From the IMG/VR virus record IMGVR_UViG_3300025626_002437: 64,000 bases of DNA; one strand, 5' to 3'. The number at the start of each line of letters is the position of its first letter. Positions within the stretch are counted from its first letter, which is position 1. The translations under genes and the position numbers were made by a program. Under the pieces are notes generated by a model. It did no database searches. It had not been told where the DNA came from and saw only the letters and a program-made list of their open reading frames with translations. The stretch is from an uncultured virus (IMG/VR IMGVR_UViG_3300025626_002437) (taxonomy: Duplodnaviria > Heunggongvirae > Uroviricota > Caudoviricetes). This document shows, piece by piece, positions 36,465 to 45,754 of this stretch.

Positions 36465-37484
36465 TTAGGCAGTTTTGAGAATCTGGATATCTTTTGGATT
36501 ATTACAATGTTCATGTGGACACACTACACCATCAGGTGTAGGTAATTCAAAATCTTTTTCAAATACATTTCCGTAAGTTTTTGCACCACACCAACTGCTA
36601 ACAATGTTGCCACGCATGTCGATATTAAAACCTCGCTCACCTATGTGGCACATCATTCCCTGAAATTTGTTTAGTCCTTGATCCATAATTTGATCTGCAT
36701 TGTAGTAGTTTGTTTCTTCAGGTGTCTGGTATGTAAATAAAAATCTACCTGGGTGCGGCTCTGGTGGAGGCGGTGCATTTGGATCTGGTGGTGGTGGGGG
36801 CGTGTCTGGATTTTCTTTCCATGTAGGTAAATTTAAAATACGCCAATCATTGCCACTATAGTCATAAAATGTATCTTGTTTAGCACCTGGACCTAATAGT
36901 TTTTTGTACATGGTTTTTATTGCAATATTAACACCCCAGTAGTCTTGTACTGTACTATGCTTATATACTGTTCTAAGCCTCTCTGCTAACAGTTCTAATC
37001 TAGGTAAGTAATCTTTTACACCTGCTAATTGATAACTTGTATATACTGAGTCTTTTATTTCTTCTGCAATTTCTATAAGCGAGTCTTCATCCATTGATTG
37101 TGGGTGGTAACTGATAACTAAGTCATCAATTAAATGCTTTGCTTTGCTCCACCAATTAACTGTTCTGCTACCATTTGTAAAAATTATATTGTGTCCGTTG
37201 TACTCTTTTACTTTTTCTAGTATATCAATAAAGCCAGGTATAACTGTGACTTCACCGCCAATAAATTCAAAGTTTACTACTTTGTCTTGTTCTTGATAGT
37301 GTTTACATATTTTTTCTATTATATCAATATACTTGTTTGTGTCGTGCCAACCTAAACTGCCATCGTGTAATTGGGTAGGGCAGTATTCACATTCAAAGTT
37401 ACAACTGTTTCCCATGCTCCATTGTATAGTAATGTCTTTAGGCAGGTGCTCCGGACGTGGTCCGTGTACTTTAGTTGGATACAT
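36465..37484 (-). CDS. radical SAM protein with Cys-rich (SPASM/twitch-like) C-terminus
   Basis: CNFECEYC (CxxxCxxC), GGE, TNGS, C-terminal CHIG...WC...C..C. Confidence 0.88.
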   Translation of the reverse strand: MYPTKVHGPRPEHLPKDITIQWSMGNSCNFECEYCPTQLHDGSLGWHDTNKYIDIIEKICKHYQEQDKVVNFEFIGGEVTVIPGFIDILEKVKEYNGHNIIFTNGSRTVNWWSKAKHLIDDLVISYHPQSMDEDSLIEIAEEIKDSVYTSYQLAGVKDYLPRLELLAERLRTVYKHSTVQDYWGVNIAIKTMYKKLLGPGAKQDTFYDYSGNDWRILNLPTWKENPDTPPPPPDPNAPPPPEPHPGRFLFTYQTPEETNYYNADQIMDQGLNKFQGMMCHIGERGFNIDMRGNIVSSWCGAKTYGNVFEKDFELPTPDGVVCPHEHCNNPKDIQILKTA

Positions 37485-37947
37485 TTAACACCTTAGTCAC
37501 ATAAATGTTAGGCCCAAACTCCATGCCTTCATCAAAAAAGTTACCTATAGTTTCAAAGCCAAATTTAGTATATGCCGGTAAGGCACTTTTACGAGGTATG
37601 CTCCATATCATATTACAACCTTCTTTGATTGCTTGTTTTTCTGTAGCATTAAATAGTAATTGAGCAACACCTTTTTTTCTAACATCATGGTCAACCCAAA
37701 TTCCCCTGCTTCTATAAATATTGTCTTTTGTTCTGTGGCCGCTGTTTACACCAACAACTCTACCATTTGTAATTACACCAAAAAATGAAGGCTCATAGTC
37801 AAAAATATCCATGTCAAATTCTAGTGGATTTCCATCATATGGCCAAGTCATAGCACTATGGGTTTCAATTGGACTTACTCTATTTTGCCATAAATGTTTC
37901 TGCCATACGTGACAAATAGTTTCAAATGATATATTGGTTGTTTCCAC
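37471..37947 (-). CDS. GNAT family acetyltransferase
   Basis: RGIWVDHDVRKKGVAQLL (motif A), ALPAYTKFGF (motif B). Confidence 0.85.
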   Translation of the reverse strand: METTNISFETICHVWQKHLWQNRVSPIETHSAMTWPYDGNPLEFDMDIFDYEPSFFGVITNGRVVGVNSGHRTKDNIYRSRGIWVDHDVRKKGVAQLLFNATEKQAIKEGCNMIWSIPRKSALPAYTKFGFETIGNFFDEGMEFGPNIYVTKVLNVSN

Positions 37948-37970
37948 AGTAGTATTTATTTTGTACAGTC

Positions 37971-38000
37971 AAAAAAATAGGCTGTTCCCAGCCTACTTTT
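37971..38000 (-). terminator. rho-independent terminator
   Basis: TAGGCTG-GGAA-CAGCCTA followed by T7 on the minus strand, downstream of the S8 gene. Confidence 0.8.
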
Positions 38001-38015
38001 TATTATAAATTAATT

Positions 38016-39719
38016 TTATTTTAACTGTCTACCTGCATATTGACCTGAACCATAAACAACTTCACTTAATGTGCCGCCATCGTTTACAAAGTATGTTTCA
38101 TTACCTGCAGTTCTTTCATCTTCTGTAATTTCACTACCACCAAACAAACTTACTGAAAAATGTCTGTTGTATTTGGTATTATCGTTTTTGGTTGCTGTAA
38201 GGATAAAGTTATAAATGGTTGTGTTGCTCATAGTACCTGTTACACTAGTATCTGCTGTAATATTCCAACCTGCTGATGCATTACCACTTAAAGTTAATGC
38301 TGGAGGCATAGCGGCAAACTCTGAACCAGAAATATCTGTTACAGTATTTGCTACATCTAAACTAATATTAATATCGCCTGCTCCTGTTAATAGGAAGTCA
38401 CCTAAATTACCAGCGGCTGTATTCCAAACAGTTGCATAATATTCGTTTTCTGCAAACACGATGTTATTTGGTGTACTACTGTATAATGCTGGATCTTGGA
38501 AAAGTAGTCCAGTTAATGATTGCTCGATAATTAGTTCTTTGAGTGCATTTGCTGTTGCCCTAGCACTTCCAAATCTTTGTGAAGACATAGCACCCATACC
38601 TGCAACTATGGCACAAGATATACTTGTTCCACTACCTGTAGTTTTTAAGTCATCGCCTGTAACGCCTGTATAATTGCTGTCATTTAATCTATTGCTGATG
38701 TCTGCATAGTTTACTGCAACACCTGGAGCAAATACATCAACTTCTTCACCACCGTTTGTTTGTAGTCCAGTACCTTGTTCTACGATAGCACCTGCATCAT
38801 TTGAGAATGAAGGTACGTTATCTGAACTGTCACTTGCGCCTACTGTTAAAATTTCATTGATACCGCTTGGTGAATAATTATCAACATCAGCACCATTATT
38901 ACCTGCCGCGGCAACCATTAAGAAGCCTTCGCGATTTTGCATTAAGGAAACATATCTGTCTAGTACTTGTGATTTTGGAAAACTCCAAGCCATGCATACA
39001 GTTGGTGTATTAGTATAAGAGGATTCAAGACTGGAATCAAGGAAATTAATGTCTGCTAATCTCATTGCCTTGAATGCATTTAGTACATTTTCTAATTTGA
39101 TAGCACCGCCATCTACTGAGGGATCGGAAATTTTTACAATTCCTATTGTGGCATCTCCGGCTACACCGTATGTAGCACCATTGATTAAACTAGCCATTGC
39201 TGTTCCATGACCGTGTTTGTCTGATGTATCAAAATCTGTACCGGCGTTGCCGTCTTCTATAAATTCAGCAAATCCACCGGGTGATTCTAATACTGAATAT
39301 ATAGGTTCAAAACTTTTTCCTGAGAACTCTGGGTGACCTTGGTCAACACCACTGTCCATTAAATACACCATTGAGCCAGAGCCTGTATATACAGGATCAA
39401 ATGTTGTCCTTAGTGGTAAGTTTCTAGTTACTATTCTTTGTTTGTGCCATTCGCTTGTTGCTTCACTTATTAATAGTGTGGCATCTGCTTGGTCTGTTAC
39501 ATTTTCTGATGCAACGTAACCTGAAAGTGATGAAATGCTACTTATGTTAGTCTCGTCAATATCTATCTTGTACATACCAGACTTAGCATGATCAAAACTA
39601 CTATCTATTGTTGCACCTGCACCCGTTAGTGCAGATTCTGTCCCAGACTGGTTAAAAGTAACAGAATCACCATCTATGTGTTCGTGTTCAAACGATACGA
39701 TATATGATTTAACAGCCAT
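38016..39719 (-). CDS. S8 subtilisin-like serine protease with I9-like prodomain
   Basis: YLMDSGV, HGHGTAMA, AAAGN, SGTSIS catalytic motifs; N-terminal SYIVSF; beta-rich C-terminal domain. Confidence 0.9.
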   Translation of the reverse strand: MAVKSYIVSFEHEHIDGDSVTFNQSGTESALTGAGATIDSSFDHAKSGMYKIDIDETNISSISSLSGYVASENVTDQADATLLISEATSEWHKQRIVTRNLPLRTTFDPVYTGSGSMVYLMDSGVDQGHPEFSGKSFEPIYSVLESPGGFAEFIEDGNAGTDFDTSDKHGHGTAMASLINGATYGVAGDATIGIVKISDPSVDGGAIKLENVLNAFKAMRLADINFLDSSLESSYTNTPTVCMAWSFPKSQVLDRYVSLMQNREGFLMVAAAGNNGADVDNYSPSGINEILTVGASDSSDNVPSFSNDAGAIVEQGTGLQTNGGEEVDVFAPGVAVNYADISNRLNDSNYTGVTGDDLKTTGSGTSISCAIVAGMGAMSSQRFGSARATANALKELIIEQSLTGLLFQDPALYSSTPNNIVFAENEYYATVWNTAAGNLGDFLLTGAGDINISLDVANTVTDISGSEFAAMPPALTLSGNASAGWNITADTSVTGTMSNTTIYNFILTATKNDNTKYNRHFSVSLFGGSEITEDERTAGNETYFVNDGGTLSEVVYGSGQYAGRQLK

Positions 39720-39723
39720 TTTA

Positions 39724-40785
39724 TTATCCCTTTAATATGTTTATAATTAATAAATCCTTAAACTTGTCAATGTTGCGTTTTAGCAATGGTTGTCTAAAAT
39801 GTTTATCGAACACTTGCAGATAAGGATCGTTACCTATATATTTATCTGCATACCAAGTTTTCAGTGCCTCAAAACCAGTGAATTTGACAGCCTTATGGCC
39901 AACTGTATCAAAAATATTTTTATATAATTGTATTTTGATGTTGTATTCCTGATCCCATGCATCTACGCCTGCTCCTCGCGATACATCTCTTTTATATTTG
40001 CTATTTAACTTTTTATACACATTTGTAGATAATTGATCTATAAAATGATGACTTCTATAAAAATTAAATATACTATTGTCGTTTCTTAAATCTAGAGCAT
40101 ATCTATAAGACAAGTACTTTGTACTTAATCTATCAACTGATACATTGTTATTTATACTGCCATTTGGTGCACTTGATGTTTCTATTATAGGCCCGTCTAT
40201 TGATTCAAATGCTTTTAATAATGGTAAAAACTGTGGAGTAACGCAATGATATTTTTGTGCTGTTTCTAAAAAATCGCCACTATCAAAAAACTTTAAAATA
40301 TCAAAATCTATTGTTACAACATCGTCAGCAATATTTTTTATTTCATAATCGTTGAATACTGTGCCCTGCGATTTGTATCGTATACAATACGGTTTAAACG
40401 CAATGTCCTTGCGTTTAAGCACGTTATATAATGTGGTGCTATCAATACCACCACTTATGAAAACATTATGAGGTATTGACTCTAACTTTTCTCTATATAC
40501 CTTTTCGAATAGGTCATCAAAGTTTTTATAATTAAGATCTTTTTTTACAGTGGAGACAATGTACTCGTAACTGTCGTCAAACTCCGATAAAGTTTTGTTT
40601 GTATTTGCACGAGTAGTTAATGCTTTTTGTCGCTCAATTTCGCCACCAAGATATAGAATGTCTTTTTTGTATTCTCTAAGTTCGGTCTTATCTATGTCGT
40701 CACGCAAAACTTTGAAATATTTGCGTTCGTCTAGTTCACATTTGTTATTAAATAGTTTATCCAATGTTTGTTCTACTAGCACCAC
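39724..40785 (-). CDS. PP-loop (asparagine synthase-like) protein
   Basis: VFISGGIDST PP-loop; KFTGFE motif; exact start uncertain. Confidence 0.6.
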   Translation of the reverse strand: MVLVEQTLDKLFNNKCELDERKYFKVLRDDIDKTELREYKKDILYLGGEIERQKALTTRANTNKTLSEFDDSYEYIVSTVKKDLNYKNFDDLFEKVYREKLESIPHNVFISGGIDSTTLYNVLKRKDIAFKPYCIRYKSQGTVFNDYEIKNIADDVVTIDFDILKFFDSGDFLETAQKYHCVTPQFLPLLKAFESIDGPIIETSSAPNGSINNNVSVDRLSTKYLSYRYALDLRNDNSIFNFYRSHHFIDQLSTNVYKKLNSKYKRDVSRGAGVDAWDQEYNIKIQLYKNIFDTVGHKAVKFTGFEALKTWYADKYIGNDPYLQVFDKHFRQPLLKRNIDKFKDLLIINILKG

Positions 40786-41020
40786 TTTCTAATGCATGGC
40801 CACATGAAGCGGCATCTCCTACTCTTGAAGCAAATTTACCTTCAATTCTAACTTTAGATGAGGCTTCTGCAACTGTGGGATTGCCATGCGGTGAATCACC
40901 GTGCCCTGTAACTGAATCGTCTATTCTTACAGGCTGTAAAGATTCAATAGTTGTTTTTGTTGCTGATGCAACTGCAGGACCTCCTGCAACTGATATTCCA
41001 TTAAGTGCGGCTTTTGACAT
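40757..41020 (-). CDS. PAAR-domain tail spike tip protein
   Basis: PVRIDDSVTGH...H...ASSKVRIEGKFASRVGDAASCG...GASRTNIG. Confidence 0.88.
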   Translation of the reverse strand: MSKAALNGISVAGGPAVASATKTTIESLQPVRIDDSVTGHGDSPHGNPTVAEASSKVRIEGKFASRVGDAASCGHALESGASRTNIG

Positions 41021-41051
41021 AGTAATATTATTTATCATAATAAATACATGT

Positions 41052-41633
41052 ATGAAACTAGAATGGACCCACAATCAAGCAGAAGGTTTTGTTTATTGCA
41101 AAATAGACAATATTATGTACAAGTCATATAACGGCGGCGACAACATACTTAAGATTACCGACGGCAACGAAGTTGCTAATATGGGCAAATATGATGTAGG
41201 AGACCCATGGGAAAATGAAAAGAAATGGATTAGTGATAATTATTCAGATAGATTCAGTGTATATCAGCCTTTAACGGCTGGTCCACAGGAAATGGAACAA
41301 TGGCATAATGACCACCCTGAATATACTGAGGCATTTCCTGCCTATGGTTTATTTGAAGGTAGATATTTAGATCGCTTACAGAGAGATACTAATGTGCAAG
41401 TTGGTAAAGATATGATAACAGTAATACAAGACCCTGCTAAAAAACTTCATATCGAATGGGACAAATACGGTACTGACAAGTTCTATAGAAGAGAATGGTG
41501 CGAAGAAAATAACAGTTTTTACAATGTGCAACCTTGTTGTGTATTTCCAAACAATCCCGGTAGAACAGAACTAAGTGAAGATGAAAAACAATCTTTGATT
41601 GCTGAACACCGTTTGGATTTGTCTACTATTTAA
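41052..41633 (+). CDS. hypothetical protein
   Basis: Start MKLEWTHN 5 nt after AATAAATA; the 5' part of the tracked ORF is PAAR antisense. Confidence 0.7.
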   Translation: MKLEWTHNQAEGFVYCKIDNIMYKSYNGGDNILKITDGNEVANMGKYDVGDPWENEKKWISDNYSDRFSVYQPLTAGPQEMEQWHNDHPEYTEAFPAYGLFEGRYLDRLQRDTNVQVGKDMITVIQDPAKKLHIEWDKYGTDKFYRREWCEENNSFYNVQPCCVFPNNPGRTELSEDEKQSLIAEHRLDLSTI

Positions 41634-41926
41634 GCCTTTGCTAAACTTATTCCAGTAGTGCCTTCAAGATACTGATCAGCAAGATCCTTTAGTGTATCCA
41701 TAGTGCAAAACACTTTTTCATTTGAAATAGTAATTTCTTTAGAAGCATCAGCACTAAACAACCACGGCATTAATCCTAATCCTTGTTGAGTAATTTGTAC
41801 TGCCATAGGCTTTTCTATTGTGATACCATTTTCATCTTGCCTGATAAAACGTGTAATGATTTCTGTATCGCTGGTTAATTTGATTGTGACAACGTCACCT
41901 TTTGTATGAGATTTATTTACTAACAT
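41630..41926 (-). CDS. hypothetical protein (possible Sm-like fold)
   Basis: GDVVTIKLTSDTEII...ITIEKP...GLGLMPW pattern. Confidence 0.55.
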   Translation of the reverse strand: MLVNKSHTKGDVVTIKLTSDTEIITRFIRQDENGITIEKPMAVQITQQGLGLMPWLFSADASKEITISNEKVFCTMDTLKDLADQYLEGTTGISLAKA

Positions 41927-41953
41927 GTGTTCCTCTGTGTGTGAATATTTATA

Positions 41954-43042
41954 TTATAATGAAAAGCCGCTAAAGGATTCTTTGTCGACATCTTGTTTTG
42001 TACCACCAATTACATAACTACTTATTTCAGTTTCTTGTGGTGCTACTTGAACTTCGCCACCTGTAATCCATGCTTGTGTCCAAGGTAACGGATTAGTTCC
42101 AGTGTTAAAAATTTTTTCTTGCCCTACGGCATGCATTCTTTTACCTGCAATGTATTCTACATATTGTTTTAATAGTTCTGCATTTAATCCAATAATACTA
42201 CCATCTTTAAACAAATAGTCCGCCCATTTCTTTTCTTGCTCAACTGCATCTAAAAATAATTGTGTACAGTCATCATAGGTTTCTTTGGATATTTTTTCAA
42301 AGTCCTTATCTTCACGCGGTAAAAGTTTTAGCATTTGTTGTGTACTTGCCAGGTGAACATTTTCATCTCTAGCAATAAGTTTTATAATCTTAGCATTACC
42401 TTCCATTTTCTTAAGTTCAGCAAATGCCCAACTACAAGCAAAAGATACATAAAAACGTACACCTTCTAAAATGTTTACACTCATTAAACACATCCAAATA
42501 CGTCTCTTGTGTTCATACTCGCTGTATTTAGAACTGCCGTTTTCTCTAAGTCTGTTATACTCAATTAATGAATCGTAGTATTGTGTTATACTGTCTGAAC
42601 AATCAATGATTTCTTTAATGCTCATCATCTCATCAAACACTTTACTAGGATCTGGGTACACATTTCTAATAATATGTGTATAACTTTTACTGTGGATTGT
42701 TTCACTGAATGCCCAAGTTTCAATCCAAGTTTCTAATTCTGGTAGACTGACAATTGGCAGTAACGCCAAGTTAGGTGATCGTCCTTGTACACTATCTAAC
42801 AGTATTTGTCTTTTTAAATTACTAGTAAAGATGTGTTGTTCAAAGTCTGTTAAGTCTTTAAAATCCTTGCTGTCTTTGGTAATGTCAACTTCTTCTGGAC
42901 GCCAAAAGAACCCTAACTGTTTTTCTGTGAGTTTATCAAACTGTCTATATTTTAAAACATCAAATCGCTGAATGCCCATGTCTTCTGATAAAAACATTTT
43001 ACTTTTGTCAGTATATTTTGATTTAGTATTAAGTACGCTCAT
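41954..43042 (-). CDS. nrdB: ribonucleotide reductase class Ia beta subunit
   Basis: FFWRPEEVD, LDSVQGRSP, ETIHSKSY, LEGVRFYVSF, RDENVH, VAPQETEISSY. Confidence 0.97.
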   Translation of the reverse strand: MSVLNTKSKYTDKSKMFLSEDMGIQRFDVLKYRQFDKLTEKQLGFFWRPEEVDITKDSKDFKDLTDFEQHIFTSNLKRQILLDSVQGRSPNLALLPIVSLPELETWIETWAFSETIHSKSYTHIIRNVYPDPSKVFDEMMSIKEIIDCSDSITQYYDSLIEYNRLRENGSSKYSEYEHKRRIWMCLMSVNILEGVRFYVSFACSWAFAELKKMEGNAKIIKLIARDENVHLASTQQMLKLLPREDKDFEKISKETYDDCTQLFLDAVEQEKKWADYLFKDGSIIGLNAELLKQYVEYIAGKRMHAVGQEKIFNTGTNPLPWTQAWITGGEVQVAPQETEISSYVIGGTKQDVDKESFSGFSL

Positions 43043-45330
43043 TAAATTTTACACGATTCGCAGTCTTCGTCATCGATTTCCCCCATTGGCAAATCTTCTA
43101 ATTTGTCATCTTTGTTAATATCAATTTCACCTTGGCCATCGTATGTGTTATTGTAGTATAACTGTTTGCCGCCATACTTATAAAACATTAGGAGGTCCTG
43201 AATCAGTACGCTCATTGGTACTTTTTCGTCTTCATAGTGTTCTGGATTATACGATGTATTTACCGAAATACCTTGGTCTATGTACTTTTGTAACACCGCC
43301 ATTATTTTTAAATAGCCTTGCGGAGACTTTTGGTCCCATAACAAGTCGTATTTGTTTTTGTAGTAAGGAAAGCCTGGTACTACTTGTTTTAATACGCCGT
43401 GTTTACTTTGCTTAATACTGATATATCCACGTGGTGGTTCAATACCATTTGTGCTATTACTAATCTGTGCGGATGTTTCAGCAGGCATAAGTGCCATTAA
43501 CGTACTGTTTCTTATACCATGTTCTACTAGATTCTTTCTTAGTTCTTTCCAATTCTGTCTTTCTTTGTGTTTAACTAGTTCATCTAAATCTTTTTTGTAT
43601 GTTTGGTTAGGAGTAATACCGTGTCCGTATTTTGTTTCCATTGACTTAGGACAAGCACCTTTTTCCATTGCTAGTTTATTACTGGCTTTGATTAAACTGT
43701 AACTCCATGCTTCTGCCCACTCATCAATTAATTCTAAGTTAGGCTCTTGATATGTCATGTCGTGTTTAACCATCCAATAAGCAAAGTTAATAATACCAAT
43801 ACCTAATGGACGTCTATTCATTGTGCTGAGTTCAGCCGCTAACACAGGATACTGTTGATAGTCTAATAACTCATCTAACCCTCTAACTGCTAACTTACAT
43901 ACTTTGTTCATTTCCTCAAAGTCTTTGATAACACCCCAATTTACTGCACTTAATGTACACAAACTGATTTCACCTTCCTTATCATTAATATGTGAAAGCG
44001 GTTTAGTCGGTAAATTAATTTCACAACATAAATTACTTTGTCTAATTGGTGCTAAGTCTTCTATAAATGCTCCATGGGTATTAGCATGGTCAACATTCAT
44101 TAAATAAATTCTTCCTGTATCTTTACGTTCTTGAACAAACGAACTAAACAATTCAATGGCAGGAATAGACTTTTTCCTAATACTTGTTTTACGTTCTGCC
44201 GCTTCATATAATTCTTTAAATTTATCTTGGTTGGTAAAGAATGAATCATATAAACCAGGAACATCTTTAGGCGAGAACAATGTAATATTGCCACCACTAA
44301 TAAGTCTTTCGTACATTAATTTGTTAAACTGTACACCGTAGTCCATGTGCCTTACACGGTTATCTTCTGTACCTTTGTTGTTCTTTAATACTAGCAAGTC
44401 TTCAACTTCTAAATGCCAAATAGGATAGTATAGTGTAGCCGCTCCACCTCTTACTCCACCTTGTGAGCAAGACTTAACTGCTGATTGGAATAGTTTGTAG
44501 AAGGGAATAACTCCTGTGTGAGTTGCGTCTCCACTCCTAATCTTAGAACCAATTGCTCTAATACTACCTGCACCTATACCAATGCCTGCCTTTTGACTTA
44601 CATACTTAACTACAGCACTAGACGTTGCGTTAATGCTATCCAAACTATCATCAGTTTCAATGAGTACGCAACTGCTAAATTGTCTTTGTGGTGTACGCAC
44701 ACCTGCCATTACTGGTGTAGGTAAACTAATTCTAAATGTACTAATAGCATCGTAGTATGCTTTCACATACGCCATTCTTTTCTTAGCAGGGTACTTGCTA
44801 AACAATGTTGCCGCAATCATCATATATGCTACTTGTGGTGTTTCGTATATCTCACCTGTACTTCTATTTTGTACTAGGTACTTGCCACGAAATTGTTCCA
44901 TAGCCGCATAGGTTAAATCTTCATCTCTGTCATGCTTAATATAAGATTGCAATACATTGATTTCTTCTTTTGTGTATAGTTCTACAAATTCTGGATCATA
45001 AAAACCAGCATCAATATTTTTTTGTACAATATCACAAAGACATGGTGGTTCAAATGTGTTGTATACTTGCTTACGCAAATGGTAATTGATTAATCTACCA
45101 GCAACATATTGATAGTTTGGTGTTTCTTCTGATATAAGATCTGCTGTACTTTTAATCAAAGTTTCTTGTATATCAGTTGAATTAATGCCGTCATAGAATT
45201 GTATCCGGCTGTTGATTTCTACTTGTGATGCACTTACTCCAGTGAGGTTTTCTACTGCATACATCACAACCTTGTGTAATTTGTCAATGTTTAGGTCTTC
45301 TTTAGTGCCGTCTCTCTTTGTAACTTTCAT
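43042..45330 (-). CDS. nrdA: ribonucleotide reductase class Ia alpha subunit
   Basis: ATP cone VTKRDG, QFSSCVL, SNLCCEI, PAETSAQISNSTNGIEP, KQLYY, C-terminal CESC; uninterrupted. Confidence 0.97.
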   Translation of the reverse strand: MKVTKRDGTKEDLNIDKLHKVVMYAVENLTGVSASQVEINSRIQFYDGINSTDIQETLIKSTADLISEETPNYQYVAGRLINYHLRKQVYNTFEPPCLCDIVQKNIDAGFYDPEFVELYTKEEINVLQSYIKHDRDEDLTYAAMEQFRGKYLVQNRSTGEIYETPQVAYMMIAATLFSKYPAKKRMAYVKAYYDAISTFRISLPTPVMAGVRTPQRQFSSCVLIETDDSLDSINATSSAVVKYVSQKAGIGIGAGSIRAIGSKIRSGDATHTGVIPFYKLFQSAVKSCSQGGVRGGAATLYYPIWHLEVEDLLVLKNNKGTEDNRVRHMDYGVQFNKLMYERLISGGNITLFSPKDVPGLYDSFFTNQDKFKELYEAAERKTSIRKKSIPAIELFSSFVQERKDTGRIYLMNVDHANTHGAFIEDLAPIRQSNLCCEINLPTKPLSHINDKEGEISLCTLSAVNWGVIKDFEEMNKVCKLAVRGLDELLDYQQYPVLAAELSTMNRRPLGIGIINFAYWMVKHDMTYQEPNLELIDEWAEAWSYSLIKASNKLAMEKGACPKSMETKYGHGITPNQTYKKDLDELVKHKERQNWKELRKNLVEHGIRNSTLMALMPAETSAQISNSTNGIEPPRGYISIKQSKHGVLKQVVPGFPYYKNKYDLLWDQKSPQGYLKIMAVLQKYIDQGISVNTSYNPEHYEDEKVPMSVLIQDLLMFYKYGGKQLYYNNTYDGQGEIDINKDDKLEDLPMGEIDDEDCESCKI

Positions 45331-45754
45331 AAATCTTTGTGAGTTTTTCCTGTCTAATAATTTCTCTAACTGTTATGTAATTATCAAAATTTTCAATATT
45401 TACACTTGTATCCGGTAAAACGTTATAATAACATACTCCGTCAAAAAACACAAGTCCTTCTTCAAAAATTTCTTTATTTTCTGCTACAATCCACCTAACA
45501 TTTTTTGTATCTATATATTCTAATTGTGCTAGTGTATGGTATAATAAAATTGCTTTACCACTTACACAAAACAAGCCTTGGTCTAATATTTCCCATGGTG
45601 TGGGCCAATGACTAGGAGTATAGTAATCAAAAGTTCTACTTATTGGTTTTATACAATTGATGTATTGTAACACATTTTCCAGTGTTGGGCGACCGTTTTT
45701 ATAGTCTCGCCATATAGATAATCGTTGCTGGGGATTTGTTATTTGGTCAAGCAA
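45302..45754 (-). CDS. hypothetical protein
   Basis: 150 aa with WPTPWEIL motif. Confidence 0.65.
   Translation of the reverse strand: MLDQITNPQQRLSIWRDYKNGRPTLENVLQYINCIKPISRTFDYYTPSHWPTPWEILDQGLFCVSGKAILLYHTLAQLEYIDTKNVRWIVAENKEIFEEGLVFFDGVCYYNVLPDTSVNIENFDNYITVREIIRQEKLTKIYESYKERRH

Noticed and set aside
40764..41051. N-terminal 96 aa of the tracked 289-aa plus-strand ORF
   Set aside because: It is the antisense shadow of PAAR; the real start is most likely 41052 after the late box. Similar over-extended starts were trimmed at 1649, 11896, 16944, 19858, 30306 and 30877
41954..45330. Intron or intein in nrdA/nrdB
   Set aside because: Both ORFs are continuous and of normal length (762 and 362 aa)
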